Shown: positions 38,975 through 50,000 of the stretch, piece by piece
Numbering within the stretch: position 1 is the stretch's first letter
How the letters are laid out: every line of letters starts with the position of its first letter
Assembly: GCA_020536535.1 (NCBI GenBank)
Contig: JAHLWZ010000871.1
Coordinates: forward strand, 1 to 64,000
Length of the DNA: 64,000 nt
Source: Pelomyxa schiedti
Lineage: Eukaryota; Protista; Evosea
Direction: 5' to 3'
Made by a program: the position numbers and the translations under genes
The notes under the pieces: generated by a model
Database searches by the model: none
Told to the model about the DNA's origin: nothing
Seen by the model: only the letters and a program-made list of their open reading frames with translations

Positions 38975-40411
38975 ATGTCTGCAACCCCTATGGTAGCTGC
39001 AACGTACTGCGCACGTGACTTCGCATCGGCAGCGGCGCGCCTCCTCTGTGCAGTTGCAACAGTGACGTGGCCCCGATCTGGCTCTGGAAACTTCGCGATG
39101 TCGCCGGCGGGCGTCCTCCAGGTCCTCGCCGTCCTTCTCAACGCGGCCTCGCCCGGCTCCACGACCGAGCGCGAGCTCGCCTCCTTGCTCGGCAGCGTGG
39201 GCGCGTCGCGGCGCGACGTCACCAAGTTGGTCTCATCGCTGCTGGCGGGCGACGAGTCTCGGGCCCTGGTTTTCACGAGCGCAGTTGCAATGTGGTCATC
39301 CGGTGGAGTTTCTGGAGATCTGGCCGGGATTCTTGGGCGAGAGTTCCACGCGGAGGTGGTTGGGCATATGGCGAGCTCGGCGGCCGAAGTGAACGAGTGG
39401 GCGTCGAGGGCCACTTGTGGGAAGATATCCGCCGTGATTTCGCAGCTTCCTGCGTCGTGCGACGAGCCGGGAGCGGTTCTGGTGGCTGGCGCGGTGCATT
39501 TCAAGGGCAGCTTCACTGCTCCGTTCGATGCCGGGCTCACTCAAGAGGCTGACTTTTGCATTGTGGGAGGAGGAGGAGGAGGGGGAGAGTCTGAGTCTGC
39601 TGTGGAGGTGGAAATGATGGCGAAGCGGGCTGCTTTCTTCTACACGTGAGACATTGCCTACTACTGGCTTTTTCCTGTGTGGCTAACTTCTTGGTTGTTT
39701 TTTTTTTAGCAAGCAAGACCTGTATGAAGCTGTTCAATTGCAATATGGACACGATGGCCGCTTTGTGAGGTACTTGTCAGCCTGTTTTTCAATGTGCACT
39801 TATGTGTTTAAAAGCTACGTCATTCTACCTTCGAAGTCTTCTGATGTTCGTGCAATAACTGGAGCTGTTTTCACAAATTGGGAAGAGTTTCTTGGCCGTT
39901 TTGGGTGAGTTGCTTTCTTCTAGTCACATTCTGTATGAGTAACAAATAATCAGAGCATCACCCACACCTGGAACCTTGAAGATGCCAAAATTTACTGTAG
40001 AACAGTCCCTGCCTCTGCGTGATGTACTTTCACATTTCGGAGCACCCACACCCTTCACCCACAATGCCGAGTTTGGAGGTATTACACCCCTTTTTCTCAT
40101 CTCATACCCCTAAACTCCACCCTAACGCTGAGTATGCAGAGTTGAACCATGGAAGGCCTGCTTGGGTCACTGAGATGCAACAGAAAACATTCCTCAAAGT
40201 GGACGAGCAAGGAGCCGAGGCAGCAGCCGTTACAGTTGCAGTGGTGACGTCAATCGCCCTTCTGCCTCATGACGGGGAGTTCTACATGGAAGTGAACAGG
40301 CCGTTCTTGTTTGTCATTGGATTCCGCCACCGCTCTGAAGTCACTGGTGACGTGGAGGCCGTTATTCCCATTTTCGTTTCTGCAATCAACAACCCGGCAA
40401 CAACACCCTGA
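38975..40411 (+). CDS. Serpin (serine protease inhibitor family)
   Basis: NFAMSPAG, EVNEWASRATCGKI, AVHFKGSFTAPF, YVILP, MPKFTVE, hinge/RCL VDEQGAEAAAVT, VNRPFLFVI. Confidence 0.92.
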
Positions 40412-40494
40412 CTATTAGAAGAACAAAAAAAAAAGTTTTTAAACAAAGACTGTCTGTTATTTACTTTTTGAGCCAAAAGGCCCTTGTTTTGGTT

Positions 40495-42388
40495 TCAGTC
40501 TTCCTTGTCATCTTCCTTGTCATCAACATCTTCCATAGAGGCCACTTCTTTGTCAAACTGCCGTATGGAACTGAAGGGTAAAACCATAATACACAGGGAA
40601 AGGAGCATTATGCCAAGTACCACGAAAATGGCACACAGACCACGCCCAGGTCCCATTCCTATCAGCCGCGGGAGCACACTTCCAGGCTTTAGGATACCAC
40701 AAAAGATTGAGCCACCACTGCATTCGCCAGAGAAAGCAGGCTCAAACACATATTCAGCCAGAGGTCCGGCAGTTGCGTATGCGAGAGGAAGGGATGCAGT
40801 AGACAAACACATGCTGACAGACATAACTTTCCCTTGAATATCATTCTCGACTTTGGCCCTTAGAACTCGATTGACGCAAGCTCCTATGAGAGGATCAAGT
40901 AGGAAGTACAACTAGTATTTGGTTAAAATGAAATTGACTTAGAAATGATTTACAAAGCCAATAGAGCCAATTAATACTGGCCGTACGTCAAATACGGCAC
41001 TTAGCATAGTGAAGCCTTGAAGAGCAAGGGCTAGAAGACACACCCACACTGCATGTCTGGGAGTTCCAAGTACAGCTACAGCAATGCCACCAACTAGTAC
41101 ACCACTTCCAGCAAAGCTGCTAGTATAACCAAGAATATCAGTTGTAGTGACTGTCAAGAGCAGGGGTGGCATTAGCTCAGAAATGTAGCCTGAGAAAGAT
41201 TACACAGGATAGCATTGGAATTCCTTCGTACCACAAACAAAGTTGTCAAATGCAAAAACGAATGTCATGACCAGGAGAGCGGGGTGCTGCCATAAGTATT
41301 TAAAGCCAAACATCATCTCCTGTATTGCACCACCACTCTTAGCTTCCTTTCCTGCTTTAGTCTCCTTAACTGGTGGGAAGGAAACAAGAAATAAAGGAAA
41401 AACACCAAATGACCAACTTATAATAGCACAACAATACAAATCACATATAAACAACATGGAAGAGAAACAATCTAAAGCCAAAGACGAACCCATAACCATA
41501 GTAGAAAGAATTAGATGGATTTGGGAAAAAGTTGGGAGCTACTCACGTTAGAACATCGAGCCAGAGCATCCAATGCAATGGTACATCAAAGCTCATGAGA
41601 AATCCAGCAAGAGCAGGTGCGAGTAACTGCGTAACTCCACTTGCTATCTGTTCTATGCCCAAGGCACGATCGCGATATTGCTTTGGCACAAGTTGGTCAA
41701 AAGATGCAGATGCAGCTGGTTACAATTAGTTCCCCTCGCTCCCTCTATTACTCTTACCAGGATATTGAAATTCTCCACATATCTATAGAAATTTAGAGGA
41801 GTGGAACTCAACCATCCTCCCAGGATACTTACGGCAGCCCACAGAGCTGCCACATAGATGTGGCGAAGTCGTAGATGTGAGAAAGTGGCTATGATGGCTA
41901 TACTTAAGGAACTAAACATTGATAAGGTATCTGATGTTGCCATAATAACCCTGTTTGAGTGATTAGTTCAATTTCCTACAAAACAAAGTGAATGGAAAAA
42001 CCGTCTATCAAATCGGTCTGCCACCACCTACAGGATTCGTTTTTGGAGGGAAAAAAAGGGACAAAATACCCCAGCGATCGGGCTAAGTATTAGACCAGGG
42101 AGCACCATCAAAAGACTTGTCACTGGTAACAATCAAAAAAAATGTACCCAAACCAAAATGAAAAAACATACTAGAATAGAGTGTTATGGAGTTGGTCATC
42201 TGTAGGATTTTCACAGCCAGCACGAACTCGCACGTCATACTGCCGAACCAGGACACAAGCTGACCCGACGTAACAGCAATATACGGCCCGCACGTAGACA
42301 CAAACAACTTAGATCTCCCAATCCACGTTGTGTCTGCTTCTGGCTTCTCCATTACCGTCTTCTCACGACACGCAGCCGCCGTTGACAT
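40495..42388 (-). CDS. MFS transporter, MefA/DHA3 (macrolide efflux)-like
   Basis: GQLVSWFGS, SPIAGVVADRFDR motif A, LLAPALAG, GFKYLW, QGKVMS, AGPLAEYVFEP...IGMGPGRG; multiple TM segments; spliced. Confidence 0.88.
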
Positions 42389-42673
42389 TCCCCTAAAAAG
42401 ATCTTTCCGGAAATGATGAGTTGGAGCAGTGTAAAGAGCTTTGGAGTGTTTTGTAGGCTTGTGAGGGCACAATGGGGCCTGAGCATCCCATTATCGTGGA
42501 CTTTTACCTTTTTCCAACTCTCCGTGGGTTGCGACTGAATTTAGGATGAAAGTTCAAGGCCAAGGGTGCCTTTTTTGCATTTTTTCTAGAAACACATCCT
42601 GATTCACGTCTTCTCGTAACACAAACCAGGAAAAACCCTCAATAAACGAAACAATCCAACAAAAAAAAAAAAA

Positions 42674-44885
42674 ATGCAAAGTGATGCAGTGACTACGTCG
42701 TCACCGTTGAAAGCCAGCAGTGCGGTGTCCCGCAAGATCAAAGACAAGGACAAGGAAAAAGACGATGGTGCACTGCAGGGTCCCGTGGTTGACATGTCGA
42801 ACCAACAGCTCGGTGTCATTCCCCCTGCTACTTGGTTGCACACTTCTTGCACAAAATTGGACAGTTTGTACTTTTTTTTTTTTTTGAACAAAAAAATTAA
42901 GAACCAAAAATCCTGTTTTGGTTGACTTTGGTACTAGTTTCTGGCAACGCTTTGAAAGTTCTGTCCTACGATATAAGAAACTTATCCAACCTTGTTGAAT
43001 TGAACTGTGAGTCTTATTGTTCCGTCTTCTCTTAAGTACTAAATATATTACAGGTTCACATAATAGCTTGACATCAATTCCTGTCGTTGTATGTCACCAC
43101 TCAAAACTAACTCACCTGGACTGTATGCTGCTTATCTTCCCACATTCTCATCTCACGTATTGCAGGCAGCAGCAACTTGTTGACTGCAATTCCATTTCTG
43201 ATAAGAAATCTCAATTCTTTGACATCCCTTGATTGTATGGATAAACGCAATGTTTTTGCGGGCTTTAATTGTTGCAGTATCATGCAATTGCATTACTACA
43301 TTGCCGGATGAAATTGGATGTCTCTCCACTTTGAACACTCTTTCTTGTACTTGTCTGTGGGGTGTGGAAATGTCTAACTGCTTAAACAGTGGCTAAGAAT
43401 AAGTTAACGATTATCCCCTCCGCTATTGGCAGCCTATCTCAGCTGAAACTTCTGAACTGTGGGAAATTTCCATTTTGTTTCTCTTTCTAATATGAATATA
43501 GTGAGCTGGAATAAGTTGACTGGGTTCCCACCCGACCTTTGCAAACTCAGCAACCTGCGGGATTTATTACGTGAGCCACTTCCGCTCCCTAATTTATCCT
43601 GACATAAAAAAGTTTCGGATAACCAGTTAAACTCAATTCCACGAGAATTGCACAATTTGACCCAAACAAAAGTTCACAGTATGCTCTTTCCCCGAGTTAT
43701 TATGTTAAACAAGGAAATAATATGGGCACAGTCTCCCATGATTTCTCTGGTACCACACCCCCAGAAATTTTCGAATATCCAAGGTGGATAACCTTAGGCC
43801 GTATGCACCTCTTGCCTTTGGTTTTTTTTTTACAAATGCACAAAGAGGGTGACAGTCAGTTTCAAACTCCACTGGGCGGAACATCAACACAGAAACTAGG
43901 CGGTCCCCCACTAATTGTGAGTTTATGACACATTGAATTCCAAATTCCCTAACCAAATCGCAAGAAACGGAATCCTAAGCAGCTGTCTCTCGTTCTCATC
44001 AAACCTGATGCCGTTGAGCGTGAGCTGATTGGGGAAATCCTTATGAGGCTTGAGCGAAAAGGCCTCACGATCCGTGCAATGAAAATGGTCTTCTGCACAG
44101 CAGAACAAGCACGAGAGCACTACGCCCAGCACACCGAGAGGCCGTTCTTCCCAAGCCTCCTCAAGTTCGTCACCAGCGCTCCACTCGTGGCGATGGTCCT
44201 GGAAGGCAACAACGCTATATCTATGATCCGCACCCTCGTTGGTGCCACGGACTGCTGTGCCGCAGCACCAGGAACAATACGAGGGGACTTTGGATCATCA
44301 AAAGGAGCCAACCTCATTCACGCCTCCGACAGCCTGGAAGCGGCGCAACGGGAGATACCAATCTGGTTCCCTGAAGGAATTCTGGACTGGAGGCGTGCCG
44401 ATCAGGACTGGCTGGAGACTGACCTGTTGCGTCGTTCTTCTGTCAACCTGGCATCATTCTTGGTGAGGCCCAAATCACCCACAGAGACTGATCCGCCAGC
44501 TCCCCGGCCATCATCTTTGGCTGAAACCCCACCCATAATCACCGAAGAGGAAAAAGCAGAAGCCCCACCTGGAGAGGAAACAAAAGCTGAAGAGGAACCA
44601 AAGGAGTCTATTGTGGAGCAGAATCAGGAAGGTACAGATACCACAATCACAACCACACCTACACCTACACAACCAGAAAATGCGGCCAACACACAGGATG
44701 AGGGAGAATCAAACTCAACATCATCAACAATAGACGCATCATCCCCCATAACAGAACAAGAAACACCACCAATCACCAGCTGTACAGTATCCACAACACC
44801 TGACACAACACCAACAGAGGAAGACAATGGAGGGTGCCAATCACCACCCCCACAACCACTTGAAGTCACCACAACTGCATTTTAA
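42674..44885 (+). CDS. Leucine-rich repeat - nucleoside diphosphate kinase fusion with an acidic Thr/Pro tail
   Basis: About 8 SHOC2-like 23-aa LRRs spliced in frame to LVLIKPDAVERELIGEI...HY..H.ERPFF...PGTIRGDFG...NLIHASDS; no separate ATG before the NDK domain. Confidence 0.85.
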
Positions 44886-45383
44886 TGCACAATGTGAAAA
44901 AGAAAAACTTTTGGTGGGATTTTATGGGTGCATGTGGCAAAACGTGTAGGATGGGATAGGTTTTGGGATTTGCTCTTCAGCAGAAGAGCAGAGACTGACT
45001 TGCTATTCTTTTTCTTCCTCTGATGGTGTCTGTGAAGATGTTCCTGAAGAGATATCTGTGTGAGCAAGTCATTTCTGTTTGGTACTGGTTGGGGGATCCA
45101 CCCCTTCATCCCTACGGGATCAATCCGAGATTGGAAGAAACCATGGTGGGCGCACCCTCTAGACTGAGGACCCATCCTGGCACAGACCGCCGACTACTAC
45201 GCCAGGAACTGCTTCCTGGAGCCTTTGCAGCTGAGACAGTCTGTCTTTGCCACGGTAGGACATCCAGGTGATTGAGCTCACCATGTATGAGAAAAGAACG
45301 CGGAGAAAGAGATCGTGTTCAGGAGACACAAAGAAAAACCAGATAGCAGATCAAAAATACAATAAAAAAAAAAAACGAAGGTG

Positions 45384-45493
45384 ATGGCAGGCGTGCCGCC
45401 GGAAGAAACAGCTCCTACCGCAACTCCCCAACAAGAACCACAGGGAGAGACCACACCGACTACTGCTGCGCAGGCAGCCCAATTCGTGACGTA

Positions 45494-45524
<31 letters not shown>

Positions 45525-46070
45525 CTGCCTTTTAGTTGCGTGAACGTCGTCACATTTTTTAGGAGACAGGATGTGCTAGATATTTTTCACCAAGTCGAGA
45601 AGGAAATCATCGATCTCCGTGGCGACTTTTCTCGCTTTGTCCAAGCTGACAGGGAGATAAGGCGCTCAGACGAGACGCAACGAAATAGAGATAGGCAGGA
45701 CTGGGAAAGTGCCCTAGCTACTCTTGCTGCAGCCCAGCAGCAACGTGATACGCGCCTGGAGAACCTTTTATGCACCGTTTCGAATAGATTGGATGCCATT
45801 GAAGCTGCTCAGAGGTCGCCCCCAGTGTGTATAGCCGCGCCGGTTCCGGTGTATGCGATACCTTCCAAAAACCACGAGCCTAACAAAAACAACACAAAAC
45901 AACCAAGTGCAGTGGCGTCTGGGACGCGATTAAGGCGAAAGCGCAAGATACTATTAGCAGTATGTGCAGTTCTAGGTGGCTTCAGCTTTTTTTGGATGAT
46001 GGCAACAGACATTGCAAACTGGGTTAGCCCCCACGGCCACAACACCGTGCCCTGCTCTTCTACCTCCTGA
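45384..46070 (+). CDS. Hypothetical coiled-coil protein with a C-terminal TM helix (tail-anchored-like)
   Basis: Coiled-coil-like segment, then RRKRK followed by ILLAVCAVLGGFSFFWMMA and a short tail; probably one T-rich intron. Confidence 0.6.
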
Positions 46071-46618
46071 ACTTTCTGAGGGTTCCTATTTTGTGAAAAT
46101 TTGTCAAATTTTGTGGAAATTGTGCATAGTCACAAAGGAAGAATTTCCTCTTTGTGCTTACAACATCCTTTTATTGGTTGACGCGCTTGTTTGGTTGTTA
46201 CAGATGGTGAAAGCCCAACGGGGGATGGTATTTCACTCAGAGAAAGGGGGAAGCTTCGAGTTTGTCCATGGCATCAGGAACACTTGGCTGGTCTGGTTCG
46301 CGAACACTTCATAATAAGGCAGGGTTGTTAAGGTAAAACACCTAGAACCGACTCTCGCTTGAAGCTGGCTCTCTAACTGTAAGACGAACCCTTATGGGTG
46401 TCAAAAGCGAAGTCGGTAAAGCGAACAAAGATCGTTCTCTCTCATTTTCTATAACTTCTAATCCTTTAGGATAGTTCTAAACTGTGCGTGGAGATGTCAC
46501 GGCGACTGCAGCTGATAGAACTAGTTCAAATATAGCCGATTTGATCCAGTTTGGGTGAGTCTGATTCAGGTCTGCTGGAGGTGGGTTCTGAAACATAACC
46601 TGTTGTTGTTCTTCACAG

Positions 46619-47090
46619 AGGAAGCAAATCGATATCGATGGGAGGGCCTGTTCTCTGGAAATTCTAGACACAGCCGGAACAGAGAACTTCACAGCAATGC
46701 GTGACCTGTACGTGAAGAACGGCCACGGCTTCGTACTAGTTTCGGCCACACTCTAAGGGCAGTTTTCCCAAGTCTTAAGCGACGAAATAGTGGCCTATTT
46801 CTTCCATCGTTCAAATTTACGTCCTTACCTGCGATGAAGAGAAGTTAAGGGAGCAACGAGTAGAAGTGTTGGTTTGCCGGTGTCTGGAGAGGTATACCTC
46901 TCCTACCACAGTCAACTCAGAGCCGCTCTCCCATCAAAATCAATCAAACGATCTCCACCAAAACAACTTTTGATCTGTTAAGCGGCTGTGGTCTTCTCGG
47001 TGTAAACAAGCCGTGCACGAAATACCACAAAAACCGACACAACCAACAAAGGGAGCGAGCAGGTGCCGTTTGTTGGTGGTGAAATTTTGA
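46619..47090 (+). pseudogene. Rap/Ras small GTPase pseudogene fragment
   Basis: [41 protein letters not shown] then TAA at 46754-46756; no recognisable G1 or G4 box; a frameshifted C-terminal-like remnant follows. Confidence 0.75.
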
Positions 47091-47098
47091 GTCAGAAT

Positions 47099-50000
47099 AT
47101 GAAGGAATGCCCTCTTTTGCACGCCACAAGTGAAATCGTCACTGCTTGTGTCATAGGAGTTGATTTCTCTGGTGGGACCTTTCTTTTCATTGTTTTCAAG
47201 TTTTTCCAGAAAAACCTACCATCAATAAAGGGAATCCAGTGGGAACTGAGGGAACTAAAAGTATAGCTGCATGCCTGAAAGAGAACAAGTCAATCCTATA
47301 TCTTAAGCTCTCTGGTATTTGGGAATTGGGGTGAACAACAATTAACACGAACAAAAGAGAACTTCATCAACCCTGATGGAGCTCATTTTTTGGCACAATC
47401 TCTTGCTGTAAATAAAACTCTCAAATCACTGGACCTATCATGTATGGAAGGGAGTGGCTGGGGGAAAAAAAGTCAACATATTTCCCACTAGGCAATCACC
47501 TACTGCCACAAGGCACAAGGGAAATCTCTGTTGCACTCGCGAGCAACACCAGTGTTAGCACAGTGTCACTTGCTAGTAAGTGGTGTATCTATCTTTAGTG
47601 TCCCGTTAATAACACAAAGATAATGAAATTGGGAGCATGGGGGCAATGTGGATATCTGAGTGCATCAGAGGAAACTCCACAATAACTGACCTGGATGTCT
47701 CTGGTATACTACTTATTCACACTGATGATTGCTTATGGTATGTTTTGAAAGGGAACCATTTTGGATCTCAGGGAGTCACTGATCTCTGTGAGGGTCTGAA
47801 AGTAAATTCATCTATAAGGAGGCTGAACTTAGCCAGTATATCCAAAACTTTCTCTGCAGCAATAACAGTCGTAAAGGAAATGAGATTGGAGTTGAAGGTG
47901 CTTCTCTAATTTCTGATTTACTTCAAAGAGCAGGACACATCCATGAAATTGATCTATCAGGTTCTCCCCTTTTTTTTTTTTTACTTTTTCCCTTTCTTTA
48001 TCTATTAATTCCCACAAAGGAAACAACCTTGGTTCAGAAGGGATTTGCCACATATTCCAAGCCAGGAGTTTTTCTGCTGTCTCTTCCATTGATATATCAC
48101 GTATCGTAATTTAAAATCGTCCAACCCCTTGTGACAAAATACAGAGAATGATATTGGCACTGAAGGTGTAAGAGCTCTTTCATCTTACTTGAAGGCTGGC
48201 TCCCTTGTAAACTCTCTCAATATGTCAGGTGTGGTAGTTTACTGATCAACTTCGACCAAGTGACAATATGCTAAGGGAATGAACTGAATGTTGATAGTTT
48301 GGGATTGATAACAGAGTGTCTAAAAGAAGAGAGCTCGATAACTTCAATCAATCTAGCTAGTCAGTATTCCTTTTTGCCTGAAATCATAGTGTTTTAATAA
48401 TCTCCCTAGAATGCAACATTTCAACTGGGTTTCCGCTCATAGCTGATGCTCTTAAAGTGAACACATCCCTCAGATCTTTGAATTTATCAGGTCTCTTTGT
48501 TCCATCCCTGTAACCTTTTGTACTGACGATTGTCTCAGCAAATAGAATTGGTGCTGAAGGAGCCCTTGTCCTTAGTGGTTGCCTCCAATTTAACTCTACT
48601 TTGACTTCTCTTAACATTGCAGGTTTTTTTTCCGTTTTGCATTATTGAACCTAAATCTTCTCTTAACTCTAGAGTCACAGTTGGCTGCGAAAGGCACTTT
48701 ATTCTTCTCACATTACCTTCGGAAAAATTCTTCATTGTTATATTTGGATCTAACAGGTATTTAAAAACAGTCTCTGCTTTGAATCAACCCATTTTCCAAC
48801 TCAAGATAACGGGATCGATGACGATGCTGCACCTTTTTTGGCAGACGCCTTGAAGGTGAACTCCACTTTGTCAAGCCTTGATCTTTCAGGTATGAATGAG
48901 TCCAGAATGAAATGACGACACTAACATTTGTAGGAAACATCCTTAAAATAGAAGGTGCAAGAACACTTTCTATTGCTCTTAAAGAAAATCGAGGCGTGAC
49001 CTATCTTTCCTTAAAAAGTGAGTAAAATAACCGATATTTGCCATTGCTAAGCTGAAACAACCAAGGGAATAAAATCGGGCCACTTGGTGCCCAGTGCATA
49101 TCCGAGTGTTTGAAGGTCAATAACAGTTTGGAAACTCTTATTCTCGCAGGTTACCTGCCAAAAAAAAAATGAAGTTTGTTTACCTTTACCCTAGGAAATA
49201 AAATAAACTCAGCTGGCACACTAAGTCTGTGTGAAGGATTGAGCCTGAACACATCCCTAACTTTTCTTGATTTAACTCGTATCATCACCCAATAATTCAA
49301 TAGCACCTAATAAGTCACAATATTCCAAAGGGAATGGGATTGGGGATGAAGGTCTTGTTGCCTTTAGCACTTACGTCAAATCCACCAAGTCCCTGGTTTC
49401 ATTCAATTTATCTGGAAATGGCTTAAATTACAAAGCTATTCATGAAATTAGCAGTGCACTACAGTGTAATCAGTCAATAGTATCCACCACCTTCTCAGGT
49501 AACCAGAAACCATTTGCCGTGATGAGAAAGCTTACTTACTCTAACAGAAACACATTTTCCAAGAGAGGCAATAATTTTTATGATTAACACTCTGCACATG
49601 AACAAGCTTCTTTCCAAGATAGATTTGTCATGTTGTTCCACCAATGGTTATTTGACTAACCCTGTTCTGACCAGGGAATGAATTTGGAAGTGAGGAAACT
49701 GGGACCATTTTCTCTGCCCTTTCTCAATCCCCAGGGATCCCAATTGCTTTAACTACTTTCACCAACAAGTTTGACACACTGGGGAATATTGTACATTCCC
49801 TTGAGGAGTCCAAGTTCGTTACACTGGCACCTGGAGTATGTCACCTTTTCATTACCATTGCATGTCAATATCTGCGTGTATCTTCGAAGAACAATTCTAC
49901 AGCAGCAGCTCATTTCCTCTGTGAAGGTATCTTAATGGCTGTTGAGGCGCGACACCTCGACTTGGCCTTCCATACCTTTCGACATTGCTTTATTGGACAA

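Noticed and set aside
44925-44950. GACGKTC, a Rho-like P-loop peptide
   Set aside because: Stop follows within a few codons and no other GTPase motifs are nearby; likely chance.
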